NCBI GenBank assembly: GCA_963789695.1
Contig: CAWBLS010000004.1
Location: forward strand, 262 to 64,261
From: an uncultured Candidatus Saccharibacteria bacterium
GTDB lineage: Bacteria > Patescibacteriota > Saccharimonadia > Saccharimonadales > Saccharimonadaceae
Length of the DNA stretch: 64,000 nt
Direction: 5' to 3'
Shown: positions 1 to 9,326 of the stretch, piece by piece
How the letters are laid out: each line of letters begins with the position of its first letter
Numbering within the stretch: position 1 is the first letter of the stretch
Position numbers and translations under genes: made by a program
The notes under the pieces: model-generated
Told to the model about the DNA's origin: nothing
Seen by the model: only the letters and a program-made list of their open reading frames with translations
Databases searched by the model: none

Positions 1-774
1 GAATCTTGGCTGGCAGCGTTGGCGTTAAATATAATCGGCACTTCAACGTTGATCTTCGGGATAATCGATTTTGGTTCTGCCCACGACTGCCTGGGTAGAT
101 GGATCGATAATCAGGCTGTTTGCATCGGCATCACCTGGTGAAATATAGGCATCGACTGCCGCGAAAATGACGCGGTTATACTGCAAGAATGAAAAAATCA
201 GCATGACTGCAAGCGCAGCAATGGCGGGTACGAAGTGGCGGCTTCTGCGCACTTTTTGTGCTTTTTCATTCATGTTCTCGCGCAGTTTATTGCGCAGGTC
301 GTACATGGCCTCATCGTTCGAAATCGAATCGTCATGGTGTTCTTCGGGTTGGCTGGGCTCGCCCGTTTTTGATTCGAGTTCTTGCTTGGTTTTGTAGACT
401 TCGCTTAGGTAATAGCGTTCGTAGTACTGCTGATAATAGTTTTGCCAAGCGCTGTGATACTTTTCCCACGGGCCTGAACTAACACCGCCATGTTGTTGTT
501 CGTTGTGGGTGCGCTCGTACACGCTTGAGCTGTCGTTAGCCTGGTGTGAATACTGTACATTAACTGGGGCTGGTGGCTGGGCTTGTACATTCGCAGCTTC
601 ATCAGCTGGTTTCGTGCTGTGTTCGTCGTTGGCATAAATTTGATCGAGTTGACCGCGCACAAGGTTGGCGGTGTGCTCATTCGTGTTAGGCCGTGCGTTC
701 ACATTAGTAGCACCCGCAGCAGTTCGCTGCGGTACGGAAATGGGTACAGTGGGGCGGTTTTCATCTGGGCGCAT
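1..774 (-). CDS. Sortase-family protein with long N-terminal region; frameshifted near 80 and running off the window edge
   Basis: ORF 43..774 has a TM helix (FVPAIAALAVMLIFSFL). A shifted frame continues EPKSIIPKINVEVPIIF, resembling the sortase first strand (LxIPKIxV). The indel is probably a sequencing error. Confidence 0.6.
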
Positions 775-888
775 ACTAGTATCTATCTATCGTTTAGTAT
801 ACAATATCAGTAGTGTAATTGACATACTGCTCGTGCTAAATGCACGCAGGATGCGTACACAAATAGTACGTGTTTTTCCATTTTTTTT

Positions 889-976
889 GCCGCGGTGGTG
901 GAATTGGTAGACACGCTAGACTCAAAATCTGGTGCCCATTACGGGCGTGCCGGTTCAAGTCCGGCTCGCGGTACCA
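889..976 (+). tRNA. tRNA-Leu(CAA)
   Basis: GCCGCGG...TCGCGGT-A-CCA acceptor, anticodon loop CT-CAA-AA, long variable arm, GGTTCAAGTCC T arm. Confidence 0.95.
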
Positions 977-1115
977 AAATACGTACATGCTTTTAATTAT
1001 CGCCCCTAGCGTACATCGTGCCAAAGGGGCGGTAATTTTTTTGTGAAATATATTACAGCCCACCGTGTAGCGCATTGGTACACTAGTTTTTGTAACAAGA
1101 GGAGAACCATTAGTT

Positions 1116-1322
1116 ATGAACGAAGAACCAAAAAAAGAAGTAGTTGTAGAGCGTGATAATTCATCGAATGCGGGCACTATTATCGCAGTAATAGTCGGTG
1201 TGATTGTTGTTATCCTTCTACTTATTTATGGCCTACCCTACCTAATGGGCGGCGATGATTCAACGACAGACATTAATGTCGAAACCCCAGCGCCAACCAC
1301 GAATACCGGTGGCACCCAGTAG
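1116..1322 (+). CDS. Small single-pass membrane protein (68 aa)
   Basis: AGGAG SD, one hydrophobic helix, followed by the terminator hairpin CCCGGC-ATAACA-GCCGGG-T7. Confidence 0.75.
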   Translation: MNEEPKKEVVVERDNSSNAGTIIAVIVGVIVVILLLIYGLPYLMGGDDSTTDINVETPAPTTNTGGTQ

Positions 1323-1378
1323 ATTGTTAACGCAAACAATAAGCCCGGCATAACAGCCGGGTTTTTTGTTACCTGAAC

Positions 1379-2176
1379 TCACGCTTTTGTGACGAGGCTA
1401 GCGGTAACAGCTTGGAGTGGTTGGCCGGGGTTCCAGAGCCAATAGGCAGCGGCGCGAGCGGCGGTTTCGCCGCGCCAGATGGCCATTGGGTTTTCCCAGG
1501 CGGTGGTGGTTACCTCGCCACCATGGGCGGCAATAAGGGTATCGCGGTGAAGCACAACAATCGTGACAGGATATGTGAGCGTAAATTTATGCACGGTTTC
1601 AACCAACTGCATCAATTGCATGCTAAATGTAAGCATTTTTGGGTAATACACAGCTTGAAACAGTTTTTGGAGCTGTGCGAATGACAGTACAAGCAGCGTA
1701 TTGGGGCGTTCAACCAGGCTTGCGCTACTATTTTTAACTAAGTCGATTGCATCACGCGTCAGGCAAATAGGGCCAGTGTAGCGCCGCAGTAAGTCTTCAT
1801 ATAAAATGGCTGTTTCGCTGTTGCGGCTGGCATCGCCCGCAAGAAGTAGCAATTGGCTCCACTCCCCTAGTGCGCTCAGTTCAGTAGCGGCATCGTGGGC
1901 CAAGCTGCCGCTTGGTGTGCACGCGCCAAATATCACATCGGTCATACTCGGCGGAATCGTTTTGCGCAAGCAATCCGGCATGAGTACGCGTACATGCCCT
2001 ACTCCTGCTTCAAGTGCCGTAGTATAACTGGCGGCTACGCCGGCAAAGCCTAATTTATTACCCCCTACAATACCAAGTCGCCCTGCGCGCGAGCGCTGCT
2101 CTGGCTTACTCCACTCAATATCGGGAAAAAGTGGTGAGTCGGGTTTTTGCTGCTTCCAGTATGAATGTTCTGGCAT
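1379..2176 (-). CDS. YjeF C-terminal / NAD(P)H-hydrate dehydratase-like (ribokinase fold), divergent
   Basis: GRLGIVGGNKLGFAG and ALEAGVGHVRV match the YjeF_C pattern (G.vlviGGs..y.GA; AlraGaGlV). Confidence 0.7.
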   Translation of the reverse strand: MPEHSYWKQQKPDSPLFPDIEWSKPEQRSRAGRLGIVGGNKLGFAGVAASYTTALEAGVGHVRVLMPDCLRKTIPPSMTDVIFGACTPSGSLAHDAATELSALGEWSQLLLLAGDASRNSETAILYEDLLRRYTGPICLTRDAIDLVKNSSASLVERPNTLLVLSFAQLQKLFQAVYYPKMLTFSMQLMQLVETVHKFTLTYPVTIVVLHRDTLIAAHGGEVTTTAWENPMAIWRGETAARAAAYWLWNPGQPLQAVTASLVTKA

Positions 2177-2182
2177 AGTGTG

Positions 2183-2713
2183 CTATAGCCCTACAAGATC
2201 TAGGTATGGCCCAGGGTTTCGCCAGCAATCATCATGGTCGGCATCAATAAACTTGGCGCGTTTCGACTCTGGTTCGTCGGCGTCACCTTGCGGGCTATCG
2301 TTGGTATAAACAATTGTGGTTTGAGCACTGGTAAAAATCTTAAAAGCGCTATCGTTGCCGCGGCGGCGAAGCAGGCTAAGTGTTGTTTCAGCACCAGTCA
2401 CCATGTACCGAAGATTGCGGCCGGTTTTGCTGAAGTAATAGCCGGGTTGCTTGAGCGCGACATTGCGTAAATCGTCGCCAATATGATTAAAGAAATTTTT
2501 TACCGGGTGTTTAACTACAATTGCTGGGTTGATAAGCAGGTACCGCGTGTCGCTACGGTACGGCAAGAGTAATATGCCACCAGAATGCGCGATGACGCAA
2601 TCTGCCACGCTAGGGTCGGTGACCATGTAGTGCCGGCGTTTTTTAAGCTCCCGGCGCATTCGCCGCCCAGTTTTTGGGCCTTCGGCAAATCCATAAGCAA
2701 TGTATACGCGCAT
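2183..2713 (-). CDS. Small alpha/beta-hydrolase-like hypothetical protein
   Basis: IAHSGG nucleophile-elbow-like motif and a C-terminal His (DHDD). Tightly spaced within the operon. Confidence 0.55.
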   Translation of the reverse strand: MRVYIAYGFAEGPKTGRRMRRELKKRRHYMVTDPSVADCVIAHSGGILLLPYRSDTRYLLINPAIVVKHPVKNFFNHIGDDLRNVALKQPGYYFSKTGRNLRYMVTGAETTLSLLRRRGNDSAFKIFTSAQTTIVYTNDSPQGDADEPESKRAKFIDADHDDCWRNPGPYLDLVGL

Positions 2714-2715
2714 GG

Positions 2716-3447
2716 CTACACCACCTCCGCCGATGCAAGTGAATAGGTGTCTGCGCCAGGTTCAAGCGTATAGGCGATATTCTTGCGCTCGATGACGATT
2801 CGCCATCCGCGCGATTGTGCAACCGAAAGTAATTCTTCTGATGGATTAAATGCGATTGGATCGCCCACCAGTTCAAGTAGCCCAACATCACTGTGTGAAT
2901 CACCGATTGCGAGTGAATCCCGTAAATCAAAGCCGTGCTCTTCGGCGTACTGTGTGATTAGTTCGGCCTTACTGCTGGGTACATGGCGACTAATTTCGCC
3001 AGTAAAGCCGTCTTTGGTGCGGTTGTACAGTGAGCCAATACAATCATCAAAGCCATATAATGCGGCGAACTGATCCACGATTTCTTGCTGCGATCCGCTG
3101 AGTGCTAGCAAGTGATAGCCGTCCTTTTTTGCGCGCTGTACAAGCTTTAATGTGTAGGCGTACACCTTATGCCCGGAAGCTTCGACTACTTCTTGAACTG
3201 TTTCGTCGTAGGTAGCAGTGGGAATTTCTTGCAGGTGTGGTACAAAGGCTTTTATGACGCGGCGTTCGTAGTCATTGAAACTGCTCTGGCGGCTATTCCA
3301 CGCTAAAAATGCATCGTCGAGCTCACCTGATACATCGGCTGTAAAACAGCCCTTATCTTTCAAACGAAACACGAGTTCGTGGTACAGTTGCCAACGAAAC
3401 AACGTGCCATCAAGGTCGAAAATAGCGAGCTTTTTTGCGGTGGTCAT
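2716..3447 (-). CDS. HAD-IB family phosphatase (SerB-like)
   Basis: FDLDGT, LSGS, K and GDSxxD motifs. Confidence 0.9.
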   Translation of the reverse strand: MTTAKKLAIFDLDGTLFRWQLYHELVFRLKDKGCFTADVSGELDDAFLAWNSRQSSFNDYERRVIKAFVPHLQEIPTATYDETVQEVVEASGHKVYAYTLKLVQRAKKDGYHLLALSGSQQEIVDQFAALYGFDDCIGSLYNRTKDGFTGEISRHVPSSKAELITQYAEEHGFDLRDSLAIGDSHSDVGLLELVGDPIAFNPSEELLSVAQSRGWRIVIERKNIAYTLEPGADTYSLASAEVV

Positions 3448-3453
3448 GGTGGT

Positions 3454-4182
3454 TTAGGCTCCTTCCTCCTGAATGCGCCGAACTTCACGAAGTAAGGCTT
3501 CGGCGGTTGCTTCGCTACGCATGTGTTTATCGTCGAGTGCGATGTCTCGGATTGCTTCTGCCGCTTGGCTTGGTATGCCAGGTTTATTGACGACAATTGA
3601 TGCCGATGAGGTCCCGAGTAGCCATTCAAGTGATTGTGTGGCTTCGGCGAGGCGTTTGTTGCGAGTTCGCTCATCAAAGGCGCGCGATTCAAGCCATGCG
3701 CCCCAGTAGGCAGGTTCGGTAACAAGGCCGACGGTGTGATGGCTACGGAACGGGAGAGCTTCGAAGCCAGCTACACTTTGGCTCAGTGCAGGCACCAGGT
3801 TGTATTCGCCCGGGTACGAGTCGCTGAATGTTCCATAAATATCACCCGATGCGGGGAACGGAACGTATTGTACGACATCGCCCGTTTCGATGGCGCGCAG
3901 GATTTCTGCATATGCCTCATCGGTACGTTCGAACGTTTGCATGGTCTCGGGCGTATCGTCCGGCCGTGGGTCGCGCGTAGCAAAGCTGCGCACCTTGCCA
4001 AAGCGGTCGTCGGTACTGGCAAGATGATCAATGACGGTACTCTTCCCCGCTGCCGATGGGCCGACAACCATCACAAGTGACTTGTTGGCAAGTTCGCTGA
4101 GGACCCGACTGTTTGGCGTGTATCGTTCGCGCTGCCTGGTGGCATTATCGATTCGTTCACGGGTTGCTTGGCTGATGGTCAT
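3454..4182 (-). CDS. Guanylate-kinase-like P-loop protein
   Basis: GPSAAGKST P-loop, SFATRDPRPDD (cf. SxTTRxPRxGE) and YGT. ATGA overlap with the xth stop. Confidence 0.7.
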   Translation of the reverse strand: MTISQATRERIDNATRQRERYTPNSRVLSELANKSLVMVVGPSAAGKSTVIDHLASTDDRFGKVRSFATRDPRPDDTPETMQTFERTDEAYAEILRAIETGDVVQYVPFPASGDIYGTFSDSYPGEYNLVPALSQSVAGFEALPFRSHHTVGLVTEPAYWGAWLESRAFDERTRNKRLAEATQSLEWLLGTSSASIVVNKPGIPSQAAEAIRDIALDDKHMRSEATAEALLREVRRIQEEGA

Positions 4183-4979
4183 GGTGATACCTCTATACTT
4201 ACCGGGCAGTGGTCGCTGCCCATTACATTGGGATGAATCTGTGGATTAACAATTTTACCGGCAATCGATTGGCTCGCAAGCCAGTAGTCGATGCGCCACC
4301 CGACATTACGCTCACGAGCTTTACCCCAGTGGGTCCACCAGGTGTAGGCACCTTCGAGCTCTGGGTTGGTGGTGCGGAACACATCGACAAAACCGCTCGT
4401 AAGTAGGTTATCGAATCCTTCACGTTCTTCGGCGGTAAAGCCAGCGTTCTTGGTGTTATCTTTAGGTCGGGCTAGGTCAATTTCACGGTGGGCGGCATTA
4501 AAATCACCACATACCAATACTGGCTTGGTGGCTTCGAGTTGCTTCATATACTCTAAAAACGCTTTATCCCAGTGATCATGACGAAGACTCAAGCGTGATA
4601 AATCGCGCTTTGAGTTGGGCGTGTACACGGTAACCACCCAATAATCATCAAATTCAGCGGCAATCACACGGCCCTCAAAATTCGGGTCACCGTAATGATC
4701 ACTTGCCAAATCGTAGCGAGAAATGATGTCTTCAGGGAGGCCATCGATGTAGCGCAGCGCTGTTGTTTTACTGAAAATTGCCGTACCAGAATAGCCCTTT
4801 TTAACCGCACTAAAGAAATGTTCTTCGTATTGTGGGAGGTCAATTTCAAATTGCCCACGCTCGGCTTTGGTTTCTTGTAAACACAGGATATCTGGGTCGT
4901 GTTGCTCGATAAATTGCTGTAAAGCGCCTTTATTGAGTACCGCCCGAATCCCATTTACGTTCCACGAATAGAGCTTCAT
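4179..4979 (-). CDS. xth: Exodeoxyribonuclease III
   Basis: SWNVNGIRA, LQETK, GDFN, RIDY and SDHCP motifs. Start taken at MKLYSW, just after a TATAAT. Confidence 0.95.
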   Translation of the reverse strand: MKLYSWNVNGIRAVLNKGALQQFIEQHDPDILCLQETKAERGQFEIDLPQYEEHFFSAVKKGYSGTAIFSKTTALRYIDGLPEDIISRYDLASDHYGDPNFEGRVIAAEFDDYWVVTVYTPNSKRDLSRLSLRHDHWDKAFLEYMKQLEATKPVLVCGDFNAAHREIDLARPKDNTKNAGFTAEEREGFDNLLTSGFVDVFRTTNPELEGAYTWWTHWGKARERNVGWRIDYWLASQSIAGKIVNPQIHPNVMGSDHCPVSIEVSP

Positions 4980-5081
4980 AGTACCCATTATACCTTAGTA
5001 ACCCCTATGAATGCCAATTAAAAAGTGCCCCAGCGCACCCACGCGTATTTCTTGCGTAGATGAGCTGGAGCTTGGACGCAC

Positions 5082-5576
5082 TTATGCGGCGCGGAACTGC
5101 TCGACGCCCTTTCGAACGCGGCGCTCATAATTCACTTCCGTATCGATGGCCAGCTTTAGCTGCCAATCGCTCGACGGGTTGTAAACAACGCGGAACGAAT
5201 CACGGTTGTCGCAGGTAATGTAGACCCACGGGATGGGCTCTGCCTGGTCGATGTCGTCGATGCTAGTAATGACACGTTGATAACCGTAAGACAGGCTGAC
5301 AATCGTCGCTCGCTGTGGGTACCAGTCGTAGCAGAACTTTCGCTTGTAGTGGCCACCGATAAAGCCGCTGACCATGAAAACCGCATAGCCACCGATCATC
5401 ACTACAAGAATTGTCGGCAAGTTCTGTATTCGCGATTGGAAGACCGAGATTAGGGCCCAGACGATCGCGGTAAGGACGCTCAGCAAGCTGAAAATCGTCA
5501 CGATACCCGCGATTGCCTGTCGCTTGGCGAATTGCATCTGTTGTTCGGGGCTGTAGCGGCGGTCATTTGCTTCCAT
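5082..5576 (-). CDS. Orphan two-TM membrane protein (stand-alone cassette)
   Basis: Own TTGCAG-17-TATAAT promoter, AGAAGGG SD and downstream hairpin/T-tract. Two hydrophobic helices. Confidence 0.75.
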   Translation of the reverse strand: MEANDRRYSPEQQMQFAKRQAIAGIVTIFSLLSVLTAIVWALISVFQSRIQNLPTILVVMIGGYAVFMVSGFIGGHYKRKFCYDWYPQRATIVSLSYGYQRVITSIDDIDQAEPIPWVYITCDNRDSFRVVYNPSSDWQLKLAIDTEVNYERRVRKGVEQFRAA

Positions 5577-5682
5577 GGCACTGCCCTTCTTGTCGAGGAA
5601 CGAATCATGTTAATTATAACATTTTTATATATATTCTGCAATTAAAATACCCCACTCATCTACGAGCGGGGTGGCGACAAAG

Positions 5683-6216
5683 TCAGATGGAGCGGCCATT
5701 TTCGGCGTGTGCTACTTCCGGTTGGCGAAGGTTCTTCACCAACGGCATGCCATTCGACGCGGTCGCGTGACTGAACGTTACGCGGTCACCTGCTCGGAAG
5801 TCGCGTGCGGTTGCGTCGTCAATCATGAACAGGATAGGGGGAAACTCGCGGAAGCGCACATAGTTCGTGCTGTGGCGAGGGTCAACCCCGTTCGTGAAAT
5901 CTGGGAGAACGAATAGATCGTTGGTTTCGACCTTGTAGCTTTGAATCGTTAGTTCGCCTTCGTACGGCAGCCACCGATTGCGGCGCGACCACTGAATGTA
6001 GCCGAATAGCATGCGCATAACCATAATGGCGAGGCCGCCAAGCAGCAACCCACTGCTGATCTGAGCGTTTCGCACGAACAGGCTTACCATGATTGCAGCG
6101 AGACCAAGAAGGGTGAAGTTGCGGTTTGCGAGCAGGTTCACGAATGCAGGACTGTGCTTCTCGAACGGCTCTACTGGCTGCTTGTTCTGCTGTTCCGTCT
6201 CGATTGACTGAGCCAC
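5683..6216 (-). CDS. Orphan two-TM membrane protein (stand-alone cassette)
   Basis: TTGCAT-16-TATAAT promoter. GAAAGGAG SD precedes a GTG at 6216. Terminator hairpin at ~5650-5672. Confidence 0.7.
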   Translation of the reverse strand: MAQSIETEQQNKQPVEPFEKHSPAFVNLLANRNFTLLGLAAIMVSLFVRNAQISSGLLLGGLAIMVMRMLFGYIQWSRRNRWLPYEGELTIQSYKVETNDLFVLPDFTNGVDPRHSTNYVRFREFPPILFMIDDATARDFRAGDRVTFSHATASNGMPLVKNLRQPEVAHAENGRSI

Positions 6217-6340
6217 GCTGGGGCTCCTTTCTGATTGTCGGGGTGCGGGCATCGGTGAAACCGGTGCTTCAGTATATATTATAGTATAAAACGTAGAAAA
6301 TGCAATTAAATATGCCCTCCGATCATCGAAGGGCTACCCG

Positions 6341-6496
6341 CTATGCGGGAGGGTTGGTATAGGCGACGATTGTAGCCAAGGCTGCACCAACAGTGAAGAG
6401 TGCAAACAGTGTTGCGTAGCGGTAGGCTTGGTTTAAGCCGAGCACTACGGTTGTAATAAGGCAGAGTACCATCACGATTGCCATTGCAACAGCCAT
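6341..6496 (-). CDS. Orphan 51-aa membrane protein (cassette)
   Basis: TTGACA-17-CATAAT promoter and AGAGGTG SD before ATG 6496. Two hydrophobic segments. Confidence 0.65.
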   Translation of the reverse strand: MAVAMAIVMVLCLITTVVLGLNQAYRYATLFALFTVGAALATIVAYTNPPA

Positions 6497-6580
6497 ATTC
6501 TCACCTCTTTCGTAGCCTAATATAATTATGACTAATTTTTGCCTAAATGTCAACCACCGAAAGACTGCTATACTGAGGAT

Positions 6581-7291
6581 ATGCATAAACGGATTTTACT
6601 TAAACTTTCAGGTGAACAACTACAGGGCGAACATAATGGCGGGATTGATACCGAGCGGATGCGCTGGATTGCTGAGCAAATTAAACCAGCTGTAGCTGCT
6701 GGTACGCAGGTTGTGGTGATCGTGGGTGGGGGGAACTTCATTCGCGGCGCACAGATTGCGGGCGGAGGGATTGCAGAAGTAACGGCACACAATGCTGGCA
6801 TGCTTGCTACCATCATCAACGCAACTACCCTAGCAGATGTATTTAACGCATGTGACTTGCCTGCCCGCGCCTTGACGAATGTTGAAATGAATCAGCTGGC
6901 CGATCAATACACGTACCGCCGGGCATTGACCCACCTTCAAAAAGGCCGTGTGGTGATTGTCGGTGCTGGCAGTGGCCGCCCGTTTGTGACGACCGATACC
7001 GCAGCGCTTACACTGGCGCTTGAACTTAACTGCGAGGTGGTGATAAAAACCACGAAGGTTGACGGTGTATACTCGGCTGATCCCGAAAAAGACCCAAATG
7101 CCACAAAGTATGAAAAGCTCGGCTATCAAGAACTGCTGGCGAACCCCGATATCACGGTAATTGATAAACCAGCAATTGGGTTGGCGCTTGAATCGCATAA
7201 GCCGGTGATTATTTGCGCACTTCTAGAAGATGGTAACATTGCACGCGCGGCGGCTGGCGAAGCTGTTGGTACGCTTATCTCGGACGAGTAG
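6581..7291 (+). CDS. pyrH: UMP kinase
   Basis: RILLKLSGE, GGGNFIRG, GRPFVTTD and KVDGVYSADP motifs. Leaderless start after TATACT. Confidence 0.95.
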   Translation: MHKRILLKLSGEQLQGEHNGGIDTERMRWIAEQIKPAVAAGTQVVVIVGGGNFIRGAQIAGGGIAEVTAHNAGMLATIINATTLADVFNACDLPARALTNVEMNQLADQYTYRRALTHLQKGRVVIVGAGSGRPFVTTDTAALTLALELNCEVVIKTTKVDGVYSADPEKDPNATKYEKLGYQELLANPDITVIDKPAIGLALESHKPVIICALLEDGNIARAAAGEAVGTLISDE

Positions 7292-7369
7292 TCGCAGCTC
7301 GTCCTACCGTTTGACATATCGGTATGATGCGGTATAGTAGGTGTTGTCCGACACTCAAAGGAGGCTGAT

Positions 7370-7666
7370 GTGACGACCATCACTCACGAACTGACGATTG
7401 ACGACCGTAGTCAGGGCTCATCACAGCCTGGCTCCCCCGGAATGGCGCTGTTTCGCACCGTGCGTGCGTACACCCCCGAGGATGCCGAGGCTGGACGGAG
7501 GAGGCTCGCCATCGGCGAGAAGGCCCGGCTTCATGACTTCATGCTGTTCTTCATGGTTCCCCTGTGGCTCAACCGCCGGACGGTGACCAACCTTGGTGGA
7601 GGCCGTTTCGAGCTGGTGCGTCATCGCCTCTTCCGACGCCCCGTCGTGACCATCGAACACATCTAG
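7370..7666 (+). CDS. Orphan 98-aa protein (cassette)
   Basis: TTGACA-16-TATAGT promoter, AAGGAGG SD, GTG start, CCGCGAGC...GCTCGCGG terminator. Confidence 0.7.
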   Translation: MTTITHELTIDDRSQGSSQPGSPGMALFRTVRAYTPEDAEAGRRRLAIGEKARLHDFMLFFMVPLWLNRRTVTNLGGGRFELVRHRLFRRPVVTIEHI

Positions 7667-7797
7667 GTGTTCAACAAACCGCGAGCTAGCCAAGCGCTCG
7701 CGGTATTTTAATTGAAAATTTTCGTAAATAGGTTATAATATAGTCAGCTATCACCCCGCCAGGCTAGCACCTGGCCGAACCTTAAGGAGTGAGCGCG

Positions 7798-8700
7798 ATG
7801 GCAGCTGCCGTTCAGCTACAGATGTTCAGCGTTCCAGGAAACGATACCACGATCTATTGGATCCCCGGTATCCTTTCGCGGGGCCTTGAAAGCATTATGC
7901 CCGTTGGCAATACAATCGCCGGCTATGGCACGGTGTATGTGGCCAACTTCCCTGGCCCGTTCTTTCAGCCCGAAGAAGCGGCGCGTAGGATTGCCGTGCA
8001 CGCAGGTAGCCAGATTCATGCTGGCAAGAAGGTGGTATTTATCGGTTCGTCCCTGGGCGGCCGCCTTATCCCCGATGTACTGCGCAACCTGAGCACTTCG
8101 CCGGATATCTATGTGAATCAGCGAGGTATGAGGGAGCGTCTTCATACGCTGATGGTCGATGCCCCTGTGGGTGCATCCACCTTTGCATACGTACCGCGCT
8201 ATCTTGGGCCGGCTGCGAAGCTTGCTTCGTACGCACTACGCCCGAGCGAACGAGCGAACCGCGGCTATGGTGCCACTGTGATGAGCCAGCTGACAAAGGA
8301 GCTCCCCAAGGACGAAAACATTATCGTGCCGGATTCTGGCGAAGCGATTATGCGGATGTGTGGCGCGCCACTCGGCCCCGATTCGTATCGTGAGTGTGTG
8401 AAGCGGACTGCTGCGGCCAACTTGAGCGGCCACGAGTTTACGCTCTACGCCAGCCAGCTGCGTTGGATGTTGCAGACGCCAGTGAACTTCGATGCAATGG
8501 GTTTGGTCGCCTACCCAGGTTATGTTGCCTGTACGGGCGATAACGTGACGGTGCGCCAGCCCCTCGCGCGTGACACGTGGAAGCGCCGGGTGCCCGAAAT
8601 GGAGCTCGATGAGGTTGAGAGTGCGCACTGCGCCTACCTCGAGGCTTACCCGCTCTGGGCGTCCATGTTCCGTGATTGGCTCGATTCTCGCAGGCTCTAG
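7798..8700 (+). CDS. Divergent alpha/beta-hydrolase-fold protein (cassette)
   Basis: GSSLGG elbow and C-terminal SAH. TTGAAA-16-TATAAT promoter, AAGGAG SD, CCCCGGTT/AACCGGGG terminator. Confidence 0.65.
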   Translation: MAAAVQLQMFSVPGNDTTIYWIPGILSRGLESIMPVGNTIAGYGTVYVANFPGPFFQPEEAARRIAVHAGSQIHAGKKVVFIGSSLGGRLIPDVLRNLSTSPDIYVNQRGMRERLHTLMVDAPVGASTFAYVPRYLGPAAKLASYALRPSERANRGYGATVMSQLTKELPKDENIIVPDSGEAIMRMCGAPLGPDSYRECVKRTAAANLSGHEFTLYASQLRWMLQTPVNFDAMGLVAYPGYVACTGDNVTVRQPLARDTWKRRVPEMELDEVESAHCAYLEAYPLWASMFRDWLDSRRL

Positions 8701-8745
8701 TACCTGCCCACCCCGGTTTAACCGGGGTATTTTAATGCATAAAAA

Positions 8746-8769
8746 ATGGCCGCGTACGTACGCGGCCAT
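8746..8769 (-). terminator. Perfect 24-bp palindrome acting as terminator of the 8780..9265 gene
   Basis: ATGGCCGCGTAC-GTACGCGGCCAT followed by a T-run on the minus strand. Confidence 0.75.
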
Positions 8770-8779
8770 GGTGCCGATA

Positions 8780-9265
8780 TTAATCCGTTGGGACGTCTGT
8801 CTTGCCTTCGGTGACACGAATCAGTTCGGCGCTCCAGGCTGAAGAAAGCACGCTCGCCTGCTTGCGGCGGACAATGACGATACTCCCGAAACCTACATCG
8901 CTTAAGAGGTCGTCGCTGCTACGCAGCGCGTACCAGATGCCATCGTCGAGCATGATGTCGTAGATGCCGGTGCGTTCGCGGAGTTCCTTGAAGGTTTTCG
9001 CGTGTGCCGGGCTCAGGCCTTGCTTGCATTCGCGAATCGCTTTCACCTTACCTTCGTAGAGGCGTGGCGTGGCGTAGTACATGATTGCGGACACGAGTGC
9101 CACAACGGCAGCCACTGTGGCACAGAGTACGAGCCAGAGCGGCCACATGGGCGTGTCTGAAATGGGCGACGCAAATGTGTAGCCGACAAAAAAACCGAAG
9201 CTAACGAGAAGGAAGAGCAACAGCCACCACGAAAGTTTGTAAAGCGGCGCGCGGAATACTCCCAC
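8780..9265 (-). CDS. Orphan two-TM membrane protein (cassette)
   Basis: GGGAGG SD, GTG start, TTGTAA-16-TATAAT promoter overlapping the upstream gene end. Confidence 0.7.
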   Translation of the reverse strand: MGVFRAPLYKLSWWLLLFLLVSFGFFVGYTFASPISDTPMWPLWLVLCATVAAVVALVSAIMYYATPRLYEGKVKAIRECKQGLSPAHAKTFKELRERTGIYDIMLDDGIWYALRSSDDLLSDVGFGSIVIVRRKQASVLSSAWSAELIRVTEGKTDVPTD

Positions 9266-9326
9266 GACGGACCTCCCTGTCTATCGGAACGATGATGCGT
9301 AACCGCACCACTCTAGTATAATTATA

